From: an uncultured Actinomycetes bacterium
GTDB lineage: Bacteria > Actinomycetota > UBA4738 > HRBIN12
NCBI GenBank assembly: GCA_963794065.1
Contig: CAWCDA010000012.1
Coordinates: 3,032-67,031, forward strand
Direction of reading: 5' to 3'
Length of the DNA: 64,000 nt
Part shown: piece by piece, positions 29,879 to 39,057 of the stretch
Position numbering within the stretch: the stretch's first letter is position 1
Layout: every line of letters begins with the position of its first letter
The notes under the pieces: generated by a model
What the model saw: the letters and a program-made list of their open reading frames with translations, nothing else
Told to the model about the DNA's origin: nothing
Databases searched by the model: none
Made by a program: the position numbers and the translations under genes

Positions 29879-31212
29879 GTGACGGGGACCTCGAGGTTCG
29901 GCTACGCGAAGACCGACGACGGTGTCTACCTCGGCTATCGGGTCGACGGCGACGGTCCGATCGACGTGGTGTGGCAATCCGATTGGCCGGGCAACATCGA
30001 CCTGGAATGGGAGGACCCCTACTCGATCGAATGGCTGCGTGACGTCTGCTCGTTCTCCCGGGTGATCACGCACGACCCGCGAGGGCTCGGCCTATCGAGC
30101 CGCGACGTCGATCTGCCGACGCTCGAGACCCGGGTGTCCGACATGATGACCGTGCTGAATACGATCGGCGTACGTCGACCGGTGCTCTATGGGGTCCTCG
30201 CCACCGGCGCGGTCAACATCCTGGCCGCGGCGATGCGCCCGCGGCTCGCTCGCGCGATCGTCTGGCTGGAGCCGACGCCTCGCTACACCTGGGCCGAGGA
30301 TTTCCCCTGGGGCGTCACGCGGGAGGAGCTGGAAGGCGAGCTCGACTTCATCGACCTGTGGGGGACCGACGCATACGGGAGGGCGTTCGAGGAAGAGCAG
30401 GAAGCCTCGGGGAACGTCCTCCCTCCCGGATTCGCCTCCTATATGCCGAAGTGGACACGCGGTTCGTGCACGCCCGACGTTGCCAGAAGGATGGTGAAGA
30501 TCTGGGCCGAGATCGACGTCACGAACGTGCTGGAGGCAGTAGCGGCACCGACGCTGCTGCTCGTACACGAGGGCAGGGAGGGCGCCGTCGACCGCGCCGA
30601 GTACATCGCGGCAAAGATGCCCGCGGCGGAGGTCCGGGCGATGCCGGGTGATGCCTGGACCCAGGAGGATCGCGTGCCGTGGATCGAGCAGATCCAGGAC
30701 TTCATCGGCGTGCAACGGCCCCCACCGGCGCTCAGCACCATGTTGGCGACGGTGCTGTTCACGGACATCGTCGGGTCCACGGAGCGCTCCTCAGCCGTGG
30801 GGGACCGAGGCTGGAAGGATCTCCTTCAGCGACATCATGCGGTCGTGCGTGATTCACTCCGCAGCCTCGCGGGCGCCGAGGTGGACACTGCGGGCGACGG
30901 CTTCTACGCCACCTTCGACGGACCTGCTCGTGCGATCCGGTGCGCGCTCGACATCGCGGAGCGCGTCCGCGAGATCGGGGTGGAGATCCGCGCAGGTATC
31001 CATACCGGCGAGTGCGAGGTTATCGACGGCAAGGTCGCCGGGCTTGCCGTCTCCACCGGGGCACGGGTCGCCGCGAGCGCCGGTCCATCCGAGGTGTTGG
31101 TCTCCCAGACGGTGCGCGACCTGGTCGCCGGGTCCGGGCTCACATTCGACGAGGCAGGCAGCACGAGTTGAAGGGCGTGCCCGGCCGTTGGCGCCTCTAT
31201 CGGGTCCTGTGA
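29879..31212 (+). CDS. Alpha/beta-hydrolase-fold plus class III cyclase (LipJ-like); apparent frameshift near 31160
   Basis: DPRGLGLS; LFTDIVGST, DTAGDGF, RAGIHTGE; the tail HELKGVPGRWRLY is in another frame ending at 31212. Confidence 0.88.
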
Positions 31213-31235
31213 GCTGACGGCCGTCGGCTCGTGCC

Positions 31236-32798
31236 TTATGGGGTCGTGGATACCGAGACGGCCGGCGAGGGAGCGGTGATCGAAGGCGCCACGATCGTGG
31301 CGTTGGCGTTCGACGAGCTCGAGGCGCTCGTCGTCGCGCCGGTGTCCGACGCCGGGATCGCAACCATGGTGCAACCGGGTGTGGACGTGGTCGTCGGCGT
31401 GCAGGTCGGCAGGGGCGTGTCCCCCGCGGCCACAGCGATCGTCAGGTAGCGACCAGCTGGGGGCATCGCGATCTGTTGCACGACCCTCGCCGTCCCATCC
31501 TGCGAGGCGAAGGCGACCCGATTCGCCAGCACCGAGGGCGCCGCGTCGCTGGCGGTGAACGACTGGACGTCGACGGAGATCGTCGCGTCCGGATCGGCGT
31601 TCGCCACGTCCACCTGGATCGTCGCGAGCACCGGGCTGGTGGCCGTCTCGAACGTCACCGAGGTGCTCGAGGTGGCCGCGACGTCGGTCGCGAGAACGGG
31701 AGCCACGCCGACCATGAGCGCGACGACAAAGAGCACGACGGAGATCGCAGACGCCCACCCGATCAGCGCGGTTCGACTCGAGTAGAGGCGCCGCACGTCG
31801 AAGGTGTCGTTCACGTTCGCCTCGGGGTCCCGTGTGACGAACCACGGCAGCGCCGCGAACACGATGGCGGCGGTCGCGAGTAAGAGCGACACCTCCAGCC
31901 ACACGGCGTGATCCCGGGCGGCAACCGCGAGCCCGCCGGAGACCCACGCGCAGAGCAGCACGGCGGTCGCGACCAGCACTTCTGCAGCGACCAGCCACGC
32001 CGTGCCCCGTTCCGCGCGGGCAAGTTCGGCGCTCGGGAACAGATCCTCCGGGGCAGTTTCTTCGACCGATGCGTCGAGGCCGCCGGCCGCCGTTCCGTAC
32101 ATCACCGCGGGCTCTCGACCCTCCAACCCGGTGAACAGGGCCGCGTGGGGCCGATCCGCCGCTTCGACGACCGGACACGGGACGATCACGCGCCACGGCG
32201 CATCGGCGATCACCTCGCCGACGGCAGCATGCGGCGCGGTCCGGATCGCATCGATCACGGCCTCCTCGTCGGTGCCTGCGATCGCGATACGAGCGGCGAG
32301 CTCGTGCAGATCGAAGATGCCCTGCGGGATCACGCGCACCCGCGGCTGCGTCCGGGTGAGCACGCCGGTACTGCTACCGGGGTCGCCGCCAGCATGACGG
32401 CCGTCGTCCTCCAAGAGGATCACGTCGTCGTGCGGGTCGCCCCCCGGCTGCGCACCGGCCGGGCCGGCCGCGAGCCGGTCCAAGAGCGACGTGTCGCGCC
32501 GCAGGTCGTCCCACTCGTATCGACCGCGTGTGCGATCGGACGACCGCGCCGATACGAGCACGACCGGCAGGTTCGTGGGTTCGGCTTCCCCGGCGATGAA
32601 CTGCTCGATCTTCCTCCGTCGGTCGACCGAGGGCCCGGGCAGGGCAAGGGCCTCCTCCACCAGGTCCTCGGTGACGGCGAGGTACACGGCGGGGCGCGGT
32701 ACGAGAGACCGTTCGAGTCGGACGCTGTCGGTCAGATCCACGGGAACGCGCTTGCCGTCTCGGCGGTGGGATGAATGCACACACAGATATCTGGTCAT
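31236..32798 (-). CDS. Unrecognised 520-aa membrane protein (soluble N-domain, 3 TM, S/T-rich beta C-domain)
   Basis: Long ORF with natural composition; ATG 9 nt after a SigF-type -10 box. Confidence 0.8.
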   Translation of the reverse strand: MTRYLCVHSSHRRDGKRVPVDLTDSVRLERSLVPRPAVYLAVTEDLVEEALALPGPSVDRRRKIEQFIAGEAEPTNLPVVLVSARSSDRTRGRYEWDDLRRDTSLLDRLAAGPAGAQPGGDPHDDVILLEDDGRHAGGDPGSSTGVLTRTQPRVRVIPQGIFDLHELAARIAIAGTDEEAVIDAIRTAPHAAVGEVIADAPWRVIVPCPVVEAADRPHAALFTGLEGREPAVMYGTAAGGLDASVEETAPEDLFPSAELARAERGTAWLVAAEVLVATAVLLCAWVSGGLAVAARDHAVWLEVSLLLATAAIVFAALPWFVTRDPEANVNDTFDVRRLYSSRTALIGWASAISVVLFVVALMVGVAPVLATDVAATSSTSVTFETATSPVLATIQVDVANADPDATISVDVQSFTASDAAPSVLANRVAFASQDGTARVVQQIAMPPAGRYLTIAVAAGDTPLPTCTPTTTSTPGCTMVAIPASDTGATTSASSSSNANATIVAPSITAPSPAVSVSTTP

Positions 32799-32807
32799 CC
32801 GGCTCGT

Positions 32808-32833
32808 CTACCCCGTTCTCGAAATGTGCAAAC
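32808..32833 (-). promoter_or_regulatory. SigB/SigF-type promoter (probably leaderless)
   Basis: GTTT-N16-GGGTAG. Confidence 0.78.
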
Positions 32834-32839
32834 CACCTG

Positions 32840-33160
32840 CTATCGGGTGCTGGCCCGCTCCCCGCGGTCGATCTCGGTGTCCGTCACGATGCGTTCCACG
32901 ATGTCGCCGGGGAGATCCTCTTCGTCCCGGGCGGCCTCCTCCTCCTGCTGCTTCACCTCGACGCGCGCTGCCTGCCACGCCGCCCAGTGGCCCGACACGA
33001 GCGCCCACAACGAGAGCGCGGCGACGTAGGTCACGCTGCTGATCCAGTGCGTCACGATCGAGATCGGGATCATGGCGAGCCACAAGATCGTCAGCCAGCC
33101 GTTGACGCGTCGCATGAAGACGGGGTCGCCCTGGATCGAGGCCCACATGGATTTCAGCAC
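32840..33160 (-). CDS. Small Trp-rich two-TM protein with acidic tail
   Basis: [30 protein letters not shown]; GGAGG RBS. Confidence 0.75.
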   Translation of the reverse strand: MLKSMWASIQGDPVFMRRVNGWLTILWLAMIPISIVTHWISSVTYVAALSLWALVSGHWAAWQAARVEVKQQEEEAARDEEDLPGDIVERIVTDTEIDRGERASTR

Positions 33161-33187
33161 GCCGCATCGACCTCCATGGTCGGGCGT

Positions 33188-33249
33188 GTTCCCATCTCTG
33201 CAGGGGCGCAAACCTCTGCAGGAGGTTCGATCTCGAGCGAAGCGGGTAT
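33188..33249. promoter_or_regulatory. Back-to-back SigB/SigF-type promoters
   Basis: Minus GTTT-N16-GGGAAC (33213-33188); plus GTTC-N15-GGGTAT (33225-33249), ATG 9 nt downstream. Confidence 0.75.
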
Positions 33250-33258
33250 CGAGCGCCG

Positions 33259-34095
33259 ATGCGCATCCGACGGAGGGCTCGCCTCGACCCCGGACAGATC
33301 TCGGATCGCCGTGGGATGTCAGCCGGTGGCCCCGTCGCGATCGGCGGCGGCGTCGTTGGGCTGATCGTCGCCGTGATCCTGCTGCTGGTCCAAGGTGGAT
33401 CGGGCGGCTCGGCGCCCCAAGAGAGCGGAAGCGCGTCGGACCTGTCGACCTGTCGCACCGGCGCCGACGCTCGGCAGCAGGAGGATTGCCGCATCGTGGC
33501 CTACGTGAACAGCATCCAGGGGTATTGGACCGACGCGCTCGGTGGCTACCGGCCTGCGAAAACGGTGTTGTTCACGGACCGGACCTCGAGCGCTTGCGGC
33601 ACGGCGACCACCCAGGTCGGTCCTTTCTATTGCCCCGGTGACGAACACGTCTACATCGACCTCGGGTTCTTTCGCGAGCTGACCCAGACCTACGGGGCGC
33701 GCGGCGGTCCTCTCGCACAGGCGTACGTCCTGGCGCACGAGTACGGCCATCATGTGCAGGATCTGCAAGGAACGTTCGACCGGGTCGACGGTACCGACAC
33801 GGGGCCCGAGAGCGATTCGGTCCGTTTGGAGTTGCAGGCGGACTGCTACGCAGGCGTCTGGGCGGCGAACGCGGTCTCGACCGGGTTCGTGACCGGCATC
33901 ACCGATCAGGATGTCGCCGATGCGTTGAGTGCGGCGGCGGCGGTGGGTGACGATCGGCTCCAGCAGGAGTACCAGGGCCATGTGAACCCTGAGACATGGA
34001 CACACGGGTCCGCCGAGCAGCGGACCACCTGGTTCCTGACCGGTTACCGCGCGGGAAACGCCGGAGACTGCGACACCTTCAGCGGGACTATCTGA
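33259..34095 (+). CDS. YpfJ-family neutral zinc metallopeptidase
   Basis: [31 protein letters not shown]. Confidence 0.93.
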   Translation: MRIRRRARLDPGQISDRRGMSAGGPVAIGGGVVGLIVAVILLLVQGGSGGSAPQESGSASDLSTCRTGADARQQEDCRIVAYVNSIQGYWTDALGGYRPAKTVLFTDRTSSACGTATTQVGPFYCPGDEHVYIDLGFFRELTQTYGARGGPLAQAYVLAHEYGHHVQDLQGTFDRVDGTDTGPESDSVRLELQADCYAGVWAANAVSTGFVTGITDQDVADALSAAAAVGDDRLQQEYQGHVNPETWTHGSAEQRTTWFLTGYRAGNAGDCDTFSGTI

Positions 34096-34100
34096 GCTCG

Positions 34101-34247
34101 CTACTCGGTATCCTCGACCGGCAGGAGCTCCCCGTCGTGGTCATCCATCAGATGCGCGGAGAGTTCCTCCTGGGTTGCGAACGTGCGGCCGCACACGTGG
34201 CAGGTGCCGATCTCTCCATCGCCTCGCTGCTCTGTGCGCTCCGTCAC
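34101..34247 (-). CDS. 48-aa C2H2 zinc-finger microprotein
   Basis: CHVCGRTFATQEELSAHLMDDH; AAGGAG RBS; GTG overlaps the PAP2 stop. Confidence 0.8.
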   Translation of the reverse strand: MTERTEQRGDGEIGTCHVCGRTFATQEELSAHLMDDHDGELLPVEDTE

Positions 34248-35152
34248 GACGTCTCCTTCCGTTCGCGTTCGCGCATTCCTGCCCCGACGGCGTTGTCGGC
34301 AAACCTGGGTCCCGAGCCGGCAGCGACTTGTTCCGGTGTGGCGAAGCGCATGATCCGGCCGCCGAACGCGACGGCGCACAGCGCGACCCAGGCCCACCCT
34401 AGGACCAGCCCTCCGATCGCATCCGATAGCCAGTGGACGCCGAGGAAGACCCGCGAGCACGCCACCGCCACCGCAAGCGCCGCGGCGATCCCCCCCAGGA
34501 TCATCCGTCGGATGCCAGGCCCCTCACGACCGAGGACGACGGCGACGGCGGCGAACGTCGCCGCGGCGGCGGTCGTGTGTCCACTGGGGAACGACGGCCC
34601 CGTAAACCCCGCCAGCGGATGCAGGTCGGGCCGGGCACGCTGTACGGCCCCCTTGATCAGGTTCGAGAGAACGAGTTGACCGACGATCACGATCGCCAAG
34701 AACAGCGGGATCGATCGACTTCGCCAGCGCCAGAACGCATACGCGGCGGTGAGGATCCCGACGATCGCGACGGTGATGGTCGCGCCCAGCCCCGTCAGGA
34801 GGCGCAGGACCGAGATCGACACGGCGGTCATGCGCGGATCGCTCCAACGCTCGACGGCTCGATCGATCCCGACGAGACCGGTCTGCGTCCGCACCATGTA
34901 GACCAGGATGCCGAGCGCGATACCGGCCGCCACGGTGGCGACCAGCCCCACGGTGAGCGCGAGCCCCGTCGTAACACCCCGTTCCACACGAGAGCGCAGG
35001 AACCGGCGGATCCAGGAGTGCGAGCGCAGCTCCTCGCCGAGAGCGCGACTCGCCGTGAGCGCGGGGTCGGATCGAGGCGCGGCGTGCACGGCGAGCGCGG
35101 CGAGAGCTCCGACGAGAAGGCTGATGCCGGCGACGACTCCAAGGATCTCCAT
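34244..35152 (-). CDS. PAP2-family membrane phosphatase
   Basis: K..V.RARP, PSFPSGH, SRVFLGVHWLSD. Confidence 0.92.
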   Translation of the reverse strand: MEILGVVAGISLLVGALAALAVHAAPRSDPALTASRALGEELRSHSWIRRFLRSRVERGVTTGLALTVGLVATVAAGIALGILVYMVRTQTGLVGIDRAVERWSDPRMTAVSISVLRLLTGLGATITVAIVGILTAAYAFWRWRSRSIPLFLAIVIVGQLVLSNLIKGAVQRARPDLHPLAGFTGPSFPSGHTTAAAATFAAVAVVLGREGPGIRRMILGGIAAALAVAVACSRVFLGVHWLSDAIGGLVLGWAWVALCAVAFGGRIMRFATPEQVAAGSGPRFADNAVGAGMRERERKETS

Positions 35153-35188
35153 CGGTGCCTCCGAGAGCGGGTTCGATGAGCGCGAGGT

Positions 35189-35215
35189 TTACCCGACGGG
35201 GTGTTGCAGGGAAAC
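35189..35215 (-). promoter_or_regulatory. SigB/SigF-type promoter
   Basis: GTTT-N17-GGGTAA upstream of the PAP2-C2H2 pair. Confidence 0.55.
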
Positions 35216-35223
35216 GACCGCAC

Positions 35224-36048
35224 GTGAATGACAACGGGAATCGACGCGAGCTCCACGGAAGTACCCGCCCTCGAACCATCCTCGACCCCGCTCCGGACGG
35301 CCCGGCGACGCGCACCGCGCGCCACCTCCACGGCCCCGTCCGGGGGTGGGCCGAGGGGACGGTCGTCGGGTGGGTCGTCATGGCCACGGTCCTGATCGGG
35401 CTCGGCCTCCTGCTGGTTGCGGAGTTTCTCCCCGAAGGCGTGGGAGCGTGGGATCACTCGATCTCCGCGTGGTTCGTCGCGCAGCGAACGACGACCCTGA
35501 ACAGCGTGACCGAGATCGGCTCGATGCTTGGTTCCACCTTCGTGGTCATCGGGATCGCGCTGGTGGTGGGGATCGTGTTGGCGATCGCGAAGAATTGGCA
35601 GGCGGTCGGGTTCCTTGCCGCCGGGCTGGTGATCGAGGTCGGCGCTTTCCTCGCGACCACGCTGGCTATCAGCCGGCCACGGCCCAGCGTGCCGCAACTC
35701 GACGTCGCGCCGCCGACGTCGTCGTTCCCATCGGGACACACGGCCGCGGCGCTCGTCCTGTACATCAGCATCGCGATCATCGTCTGGGCGTTCACCGACG
35801 TGGGGGCGCTCCGTGCGTTGTGCTGCTTGATCGCCGTCGTGGTGCCGGTGTTCGTGGCGCTCTCACGGCTGTATCGCGGCATGCATCATCCGACCGACGT
35901 GCTCGCCAGTGTGTTGCTCGCGGCCGGCAGCCTGCTCTGCGCGGTCGTGGTCGCGCGCGTCAGCACGGCGGTCGCGTCCCGGGAGCATCCGGTCGCGCCG
36001 TCACAGAAGCCGACCGATCGGGTCCTGGAGCCGGGGGTGTCCGCATGA
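35224..36048 (+). CDS. PAP2-family membrane phosphatase (start uncertain)
   Basis: RPRP, SSFPSGH, SRLYRGMHHPTD. Confidence 0.88.
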   Translation: MNDNGNRRELHGSTRPRTILDPAPDGPATRTARHLHGPVRGWAEGTVVGWVVMATVLIGLGLLLVAEFLPEGVGAWDHSISAWFVAQRTTTLNSVTEIGSMLGSTFVVIGIALVVGIVLAIAKNWQAVGFLAAGLVIEVGAFLATTLAISRPRPSVPQLDVAPPTSSFPSGHTAAALVLYISIAIIVWAFTDVGALRALCCLIAVVVPVFVALSRLYRGMHHPTDVLASVLLAAGSLLCAVVVARVSTAVASREHPVAPSQKPTDRVLEPGVSA

Positions 36049-36935
36049 CGGCGGTCGCCGTGCTCGCGCACGCGGCCAAATCGCTGGACGGTGGCCTGCC
36101 GGCGTTGCGGCAGACGCTTTCAAGCTATGGCTTCGACGACCCGCCGTGGGTCGAGGTCACGAAGGCAAAACGGATCCCCGACGCGGCGCGGCGCCTGCGC
36201 AAGGACGGAGCCGACCTCGTCTTCGTCTGGGGCGGCGACGGCAGCGTGCAGCGCGCACTGGACGCGCTCGCGGGCTCCGGCGTCGAGGTCGCCATCCTGC
36301 CCGCGGGTACGGCCAACCTGTTCGCGACGAATCTCGGCATCCCAGCGGATCTCGAACAGGCCGTGCGTATCGGCCTGCACGGCGCGCGGCGCGCGATCGA
36401 TCTCGGTCGAGCCAACGGCGAGCACTTCGGCGTGATGGCGGGGGCGGGGCTGGATGCCTTCATGATCCGCGACGCGGAAGCGGGCGGGCTGAAGGATCGG
36501 ATCGGGTCGCTTGCGTACGTCTTCTCTGGGGCGAGGAATCTGGATCGCGACCCCGCCCGGATGCGCATCGAGGTGGACGGCGACACCTGGTTCGACGATC
36601 GCGCAAGCTGCGTGCTCATCGGCAACGTGGGCGACGTGGTCGGCGGCATCTCGGCGTTCCCCGATGCACGCCCCGACGACGGTGTGCTCGACATCGGCGT
36701 GATCACCGCGGACAGCGGCCTGGACTGGCTCCGCACGCTGTCGCGATCGGTGGTCAGCGATCCCACTCGATCGCCGTTCGTCCGTACCACGACGGGCGCA
36801 TCCTTCGACATACAACTGAAAGCCGCGCTGCCGTTCGAGATCGACGGCAGCGAGCGCGGCACGACCAGGCACATCAAGACCAAGGTCAAGCCCAAGGCGA
36901 TCACGGTCTGCGTGCCGGAAACGGAGACAGCATGA
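36045..36935 (+). CDS. Diacylglycerol/lipid kinase (YegS-like)
   Basis: WGGDGS, LPAGTANLFA, DDGVLD, EIDG. Confidence 0.92.
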   Translation: MTAVAVLAHAAKSLDGGLPALRQTLSSYGFDDPPWVEVTKAKRIPDAARRLRKDGADLVFVWGGDGSVQRALDALAGSGVEVAILPAGTANLFATNLGIPADLEQAVRIGLHGARRAIDLGRANGEHFGVMAGAGLDAFMIRDAEAGGLKDRIGSLAYVFSGARNLDRDPARMRIEVDGDTWFDDRASCVLIGNVGDVVGGISAFPDARPDDGVLDIGVITADSGLDWLRTLSRSVVSDPTRSPFVRTTTGASFDIQLKAALPFEIDGSERGTTRHIKTKVKPKAITVCVPETETA

Positions 36936-37882
36936 GCACCGCGAACGAGGTTCCGGAGACCTGGCGCCTGACGGGCGACGACGCGAAGGACACGCTGGCG
37001 CGTGCGGGACGGTGGACGCTGATGCGCGATGCGTTCATGCGATTGCGATGGGCGGACGGGTTCAGCCACGCGCGTTCGATGGCATACGCGACGACGCTGA
37101 TCTTCGTCCAAGGGGTAATCGCCCTGGTGGGCTTGATCAGTCTGTTGGGCGCGGGTGGCGCGCGCGACATGATCGTGAACACCCTCCGAACGGTCGTGCC
37201 CGGGCCGACCGGGCAGGTGCTCACCGAGGCCGCAGGACAGGCCCGGCAGGCCGGCTCGTCGCACCCGCTCGCGTTGATCCTCGGAACGATCGGCGCCGTG
37301 TTCACGGGCGCCGTGTTGATGGGTCAGATCGAACGCGCACTGAACCGCATCTACGGCGTCGAGCGCGACCGTCCGACGTTGCACAAGTACGGACGCGCGA
37401 TCCTCCTGGCGCTCAGCGCCGGGGTCCTGCTGGTGGTCGCGGTGATCGCGCTCGCCCTGGGCCGGGACATCGGCTCGTCGATCGGCTCGTCCGCCGGCGC
37501 GACCGTGTGGGCGTTCGTGCGTTGGCCGCTCGCCCTTGTCTTGCTCGGGGCGGGCACGGCGCTGCTGTTCCGTCACGCCCCGAAGCGGCATCAGCCCGCC
37601 TGGTCCTGGCTCGCATTCGGCGCCGGGGTGTCCATCGTCCTGCTACTCGCGGTGACCGCCGGGCTCGATCTGTTGTTCGGTCTGAGCTCCACGTTCGGCT
37701 CGACGTACGGGCCGTTGGCGGGCATCGTCGCGCTGATGTTCTGGGCGTTGGCGGCGTCGGTCGCGTTCCTCTACGGAGCGTCGTTGTCCGCACAGCTCGA
37801 AGCGGTTCGGGCCGGCGCCGCACCGCCGCAGGACCTCGCCAAGGCGCACGACGCGCAACCGGCGACGCTGAGTTCGCGATGA
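36932..37882 (+). CDS. YihY/BrkB-family membrane protein
   Basis: ALNRIYG, VRWP, STYGPLAG; ATGA overlaps at both ends. Confidence 0.9.
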   Translation: MSTANEVPETWRLTGDDAKDTLARAGRWTLMRDAFMRLRWADGFSHARSMAYATTLIFVQGVIALVGLISLLGAGGARDMIVNTLRTVVPGPTGQVLTEAAGQARQAGSSHPLALILGTIGAVFTGAVLMGQIERALNRIYGVERDRPTLHKYGRAILLALSAGVLLVVAVIALALGRDIGSSIGSSAGATVWAFVRWPLALVLLGAGTALLFRHAPKRHQPAWSWLAFGAGVSIVLLLAVTAGLDLLFGLSSTFGSTYGPLAGIVALMFWALAASVAFLYGASLSAQLEAVRAGAAPPQDLAKAHDAQPATLSSR

Positions 37883-39054
37883 GCGTGGCGTCGACCGATG
37901 ATCGAACCCTGACCCTGCGACGCACCCTCGAGGGGATCGTCGGCGTCCCCATGACCGAGGGCAATAGCGTGGACACCTTGCGCAACGGGGACGCGATCTT
38001 CCCCGTGATGCTCGAGGCGATCGGGGAAGCCCGACACACGATCGATTTCCTCACGTTCGTCTACTGGCGTGGCGAGATCGGCACACGCTTCGCAGACGCG
38101 CTGTCGGAACGCGCGCGCGCCGGCGTGCGCGTGCGCCTCCTGTTGGACGGCTGGGGATGCCACCCGATCGAGCGCCCGTTGGTCGATCAGATGCAGGACG
38201 CTGGCGTGCAGGTGCGGTGGTTCCGGCCGCTGAAGCATTTCGAGCCGACCAAGATGAACCACCGGACCCACCGCAAGGTCGTGATCGTCGACGAATCGAT
38301 CGGGTTCACCGGCGGCGTGGGGATCGCCGACGAATGGCAGGGAGATGCGCGCGACGCCTCGGAGTGGCGCGATACCCACTTCAAGGTCCTCGGACCGGCG
38401 GTCGACGGGCTCCGCGCAGCGTTCCTGGACAACTGGGTCGAGACCGACGACGTGCTGTTCGACTCCTCGATCGATCGGTTCCCCGCGCAAGAGCAGCCAG
38501 GCTCCTCGGTGATCCAGTGCGTGCGCGGCGCATCGGAGGCGGGGATGAGCGACATCTCCACCCTGTTCAACGCGCTGCTGCAGCTCGCCGAGGAACGAGT
38601 GCGGATCGCGACGGCGTACTTCGTGCCCGACGAGGCGATGATCGAGCGGTTGTCGGCCGCCGCCGATCGCGGTGTCCGCGTTGAGATCCTCCTGCCAGGA
38701 CCGAACGCCGACAAACGCTTCGTGCAACTTGCCGGCGAGGACACGTACGCCGCGCTGCTCGAGCATGGCATCCGGATCTGGAACTTCCAGCCGTCGATGC
38801 TGCATGCGAAGGTGATGACGGTCGACGGGATCCTCGCCATGGTGGGGTCCGCGAATATCAACGCTCGTTCGACCGAGCTGGACGAGGAGATCAACCTCGT
38901 GGTGCTCGACCCCGCGGTGGTGACGACGCTCGACGAGCAGTTCGACGGCGACCTCGAACGCAGCGAGGCGGTGACCCCCGACGACTGGGAGGACCGGTCC
39001 CTCGCTCAACGCGTCATGGAGAGCCTGACCCGGCCGCTCCACCATCAGGTGTAG
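37879..39054 (+). CDS. cls: Cardiolipin synthase-like phospholipase D
   Basis: Two HKD motifs (HRKVVIVD, HAKVMTVD), WRDT, GSAN. Confidence 0.9.
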   Translation: MSVASTDDRTLTLRRTLEGIVGVPMTEGNSVDTLRNGDAIFPVMLEAIGEARHTIDFLTFVYWRGEIGTRFADALSERARAGVRVRLLLDGWGCHPIERPLVDQMQDAGVQVRWFRPLKHFEPTKMNHRTHRKVVIVDESIGFTGGVGIADEWQGDARDASEWRDTHFKVLGPAVDGLRAAFLDNWVETDDVLFDSSIDRFPAQEQPGSSVIQCVRGASEAGMSDISTLFNALLQLAEERVRIATAYFVPDEAMIERLSAAADRGVRVEILLPGPNADKRFVQLAGEDTYAALLEHGIRIWNFQPSMLHAKVMTVDGILAMVGSANINARSTELDEEINLVVLDPAVVTTLDEQFDGDLERSEAVTPDDWEDRSLAQRVMESLTRPLHHQV

Positions 39055-39057
39055 GTC

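Noticed and set aside
29879-32798. Pycsar/CBASS-like defence pair (cyclase plus TM effector)
   Set aside because: The cyclase is a LipJ-type hydrolase fusion, the genes converge rather than form an operon, and no cNMP-binding domain is visible in the TM protein
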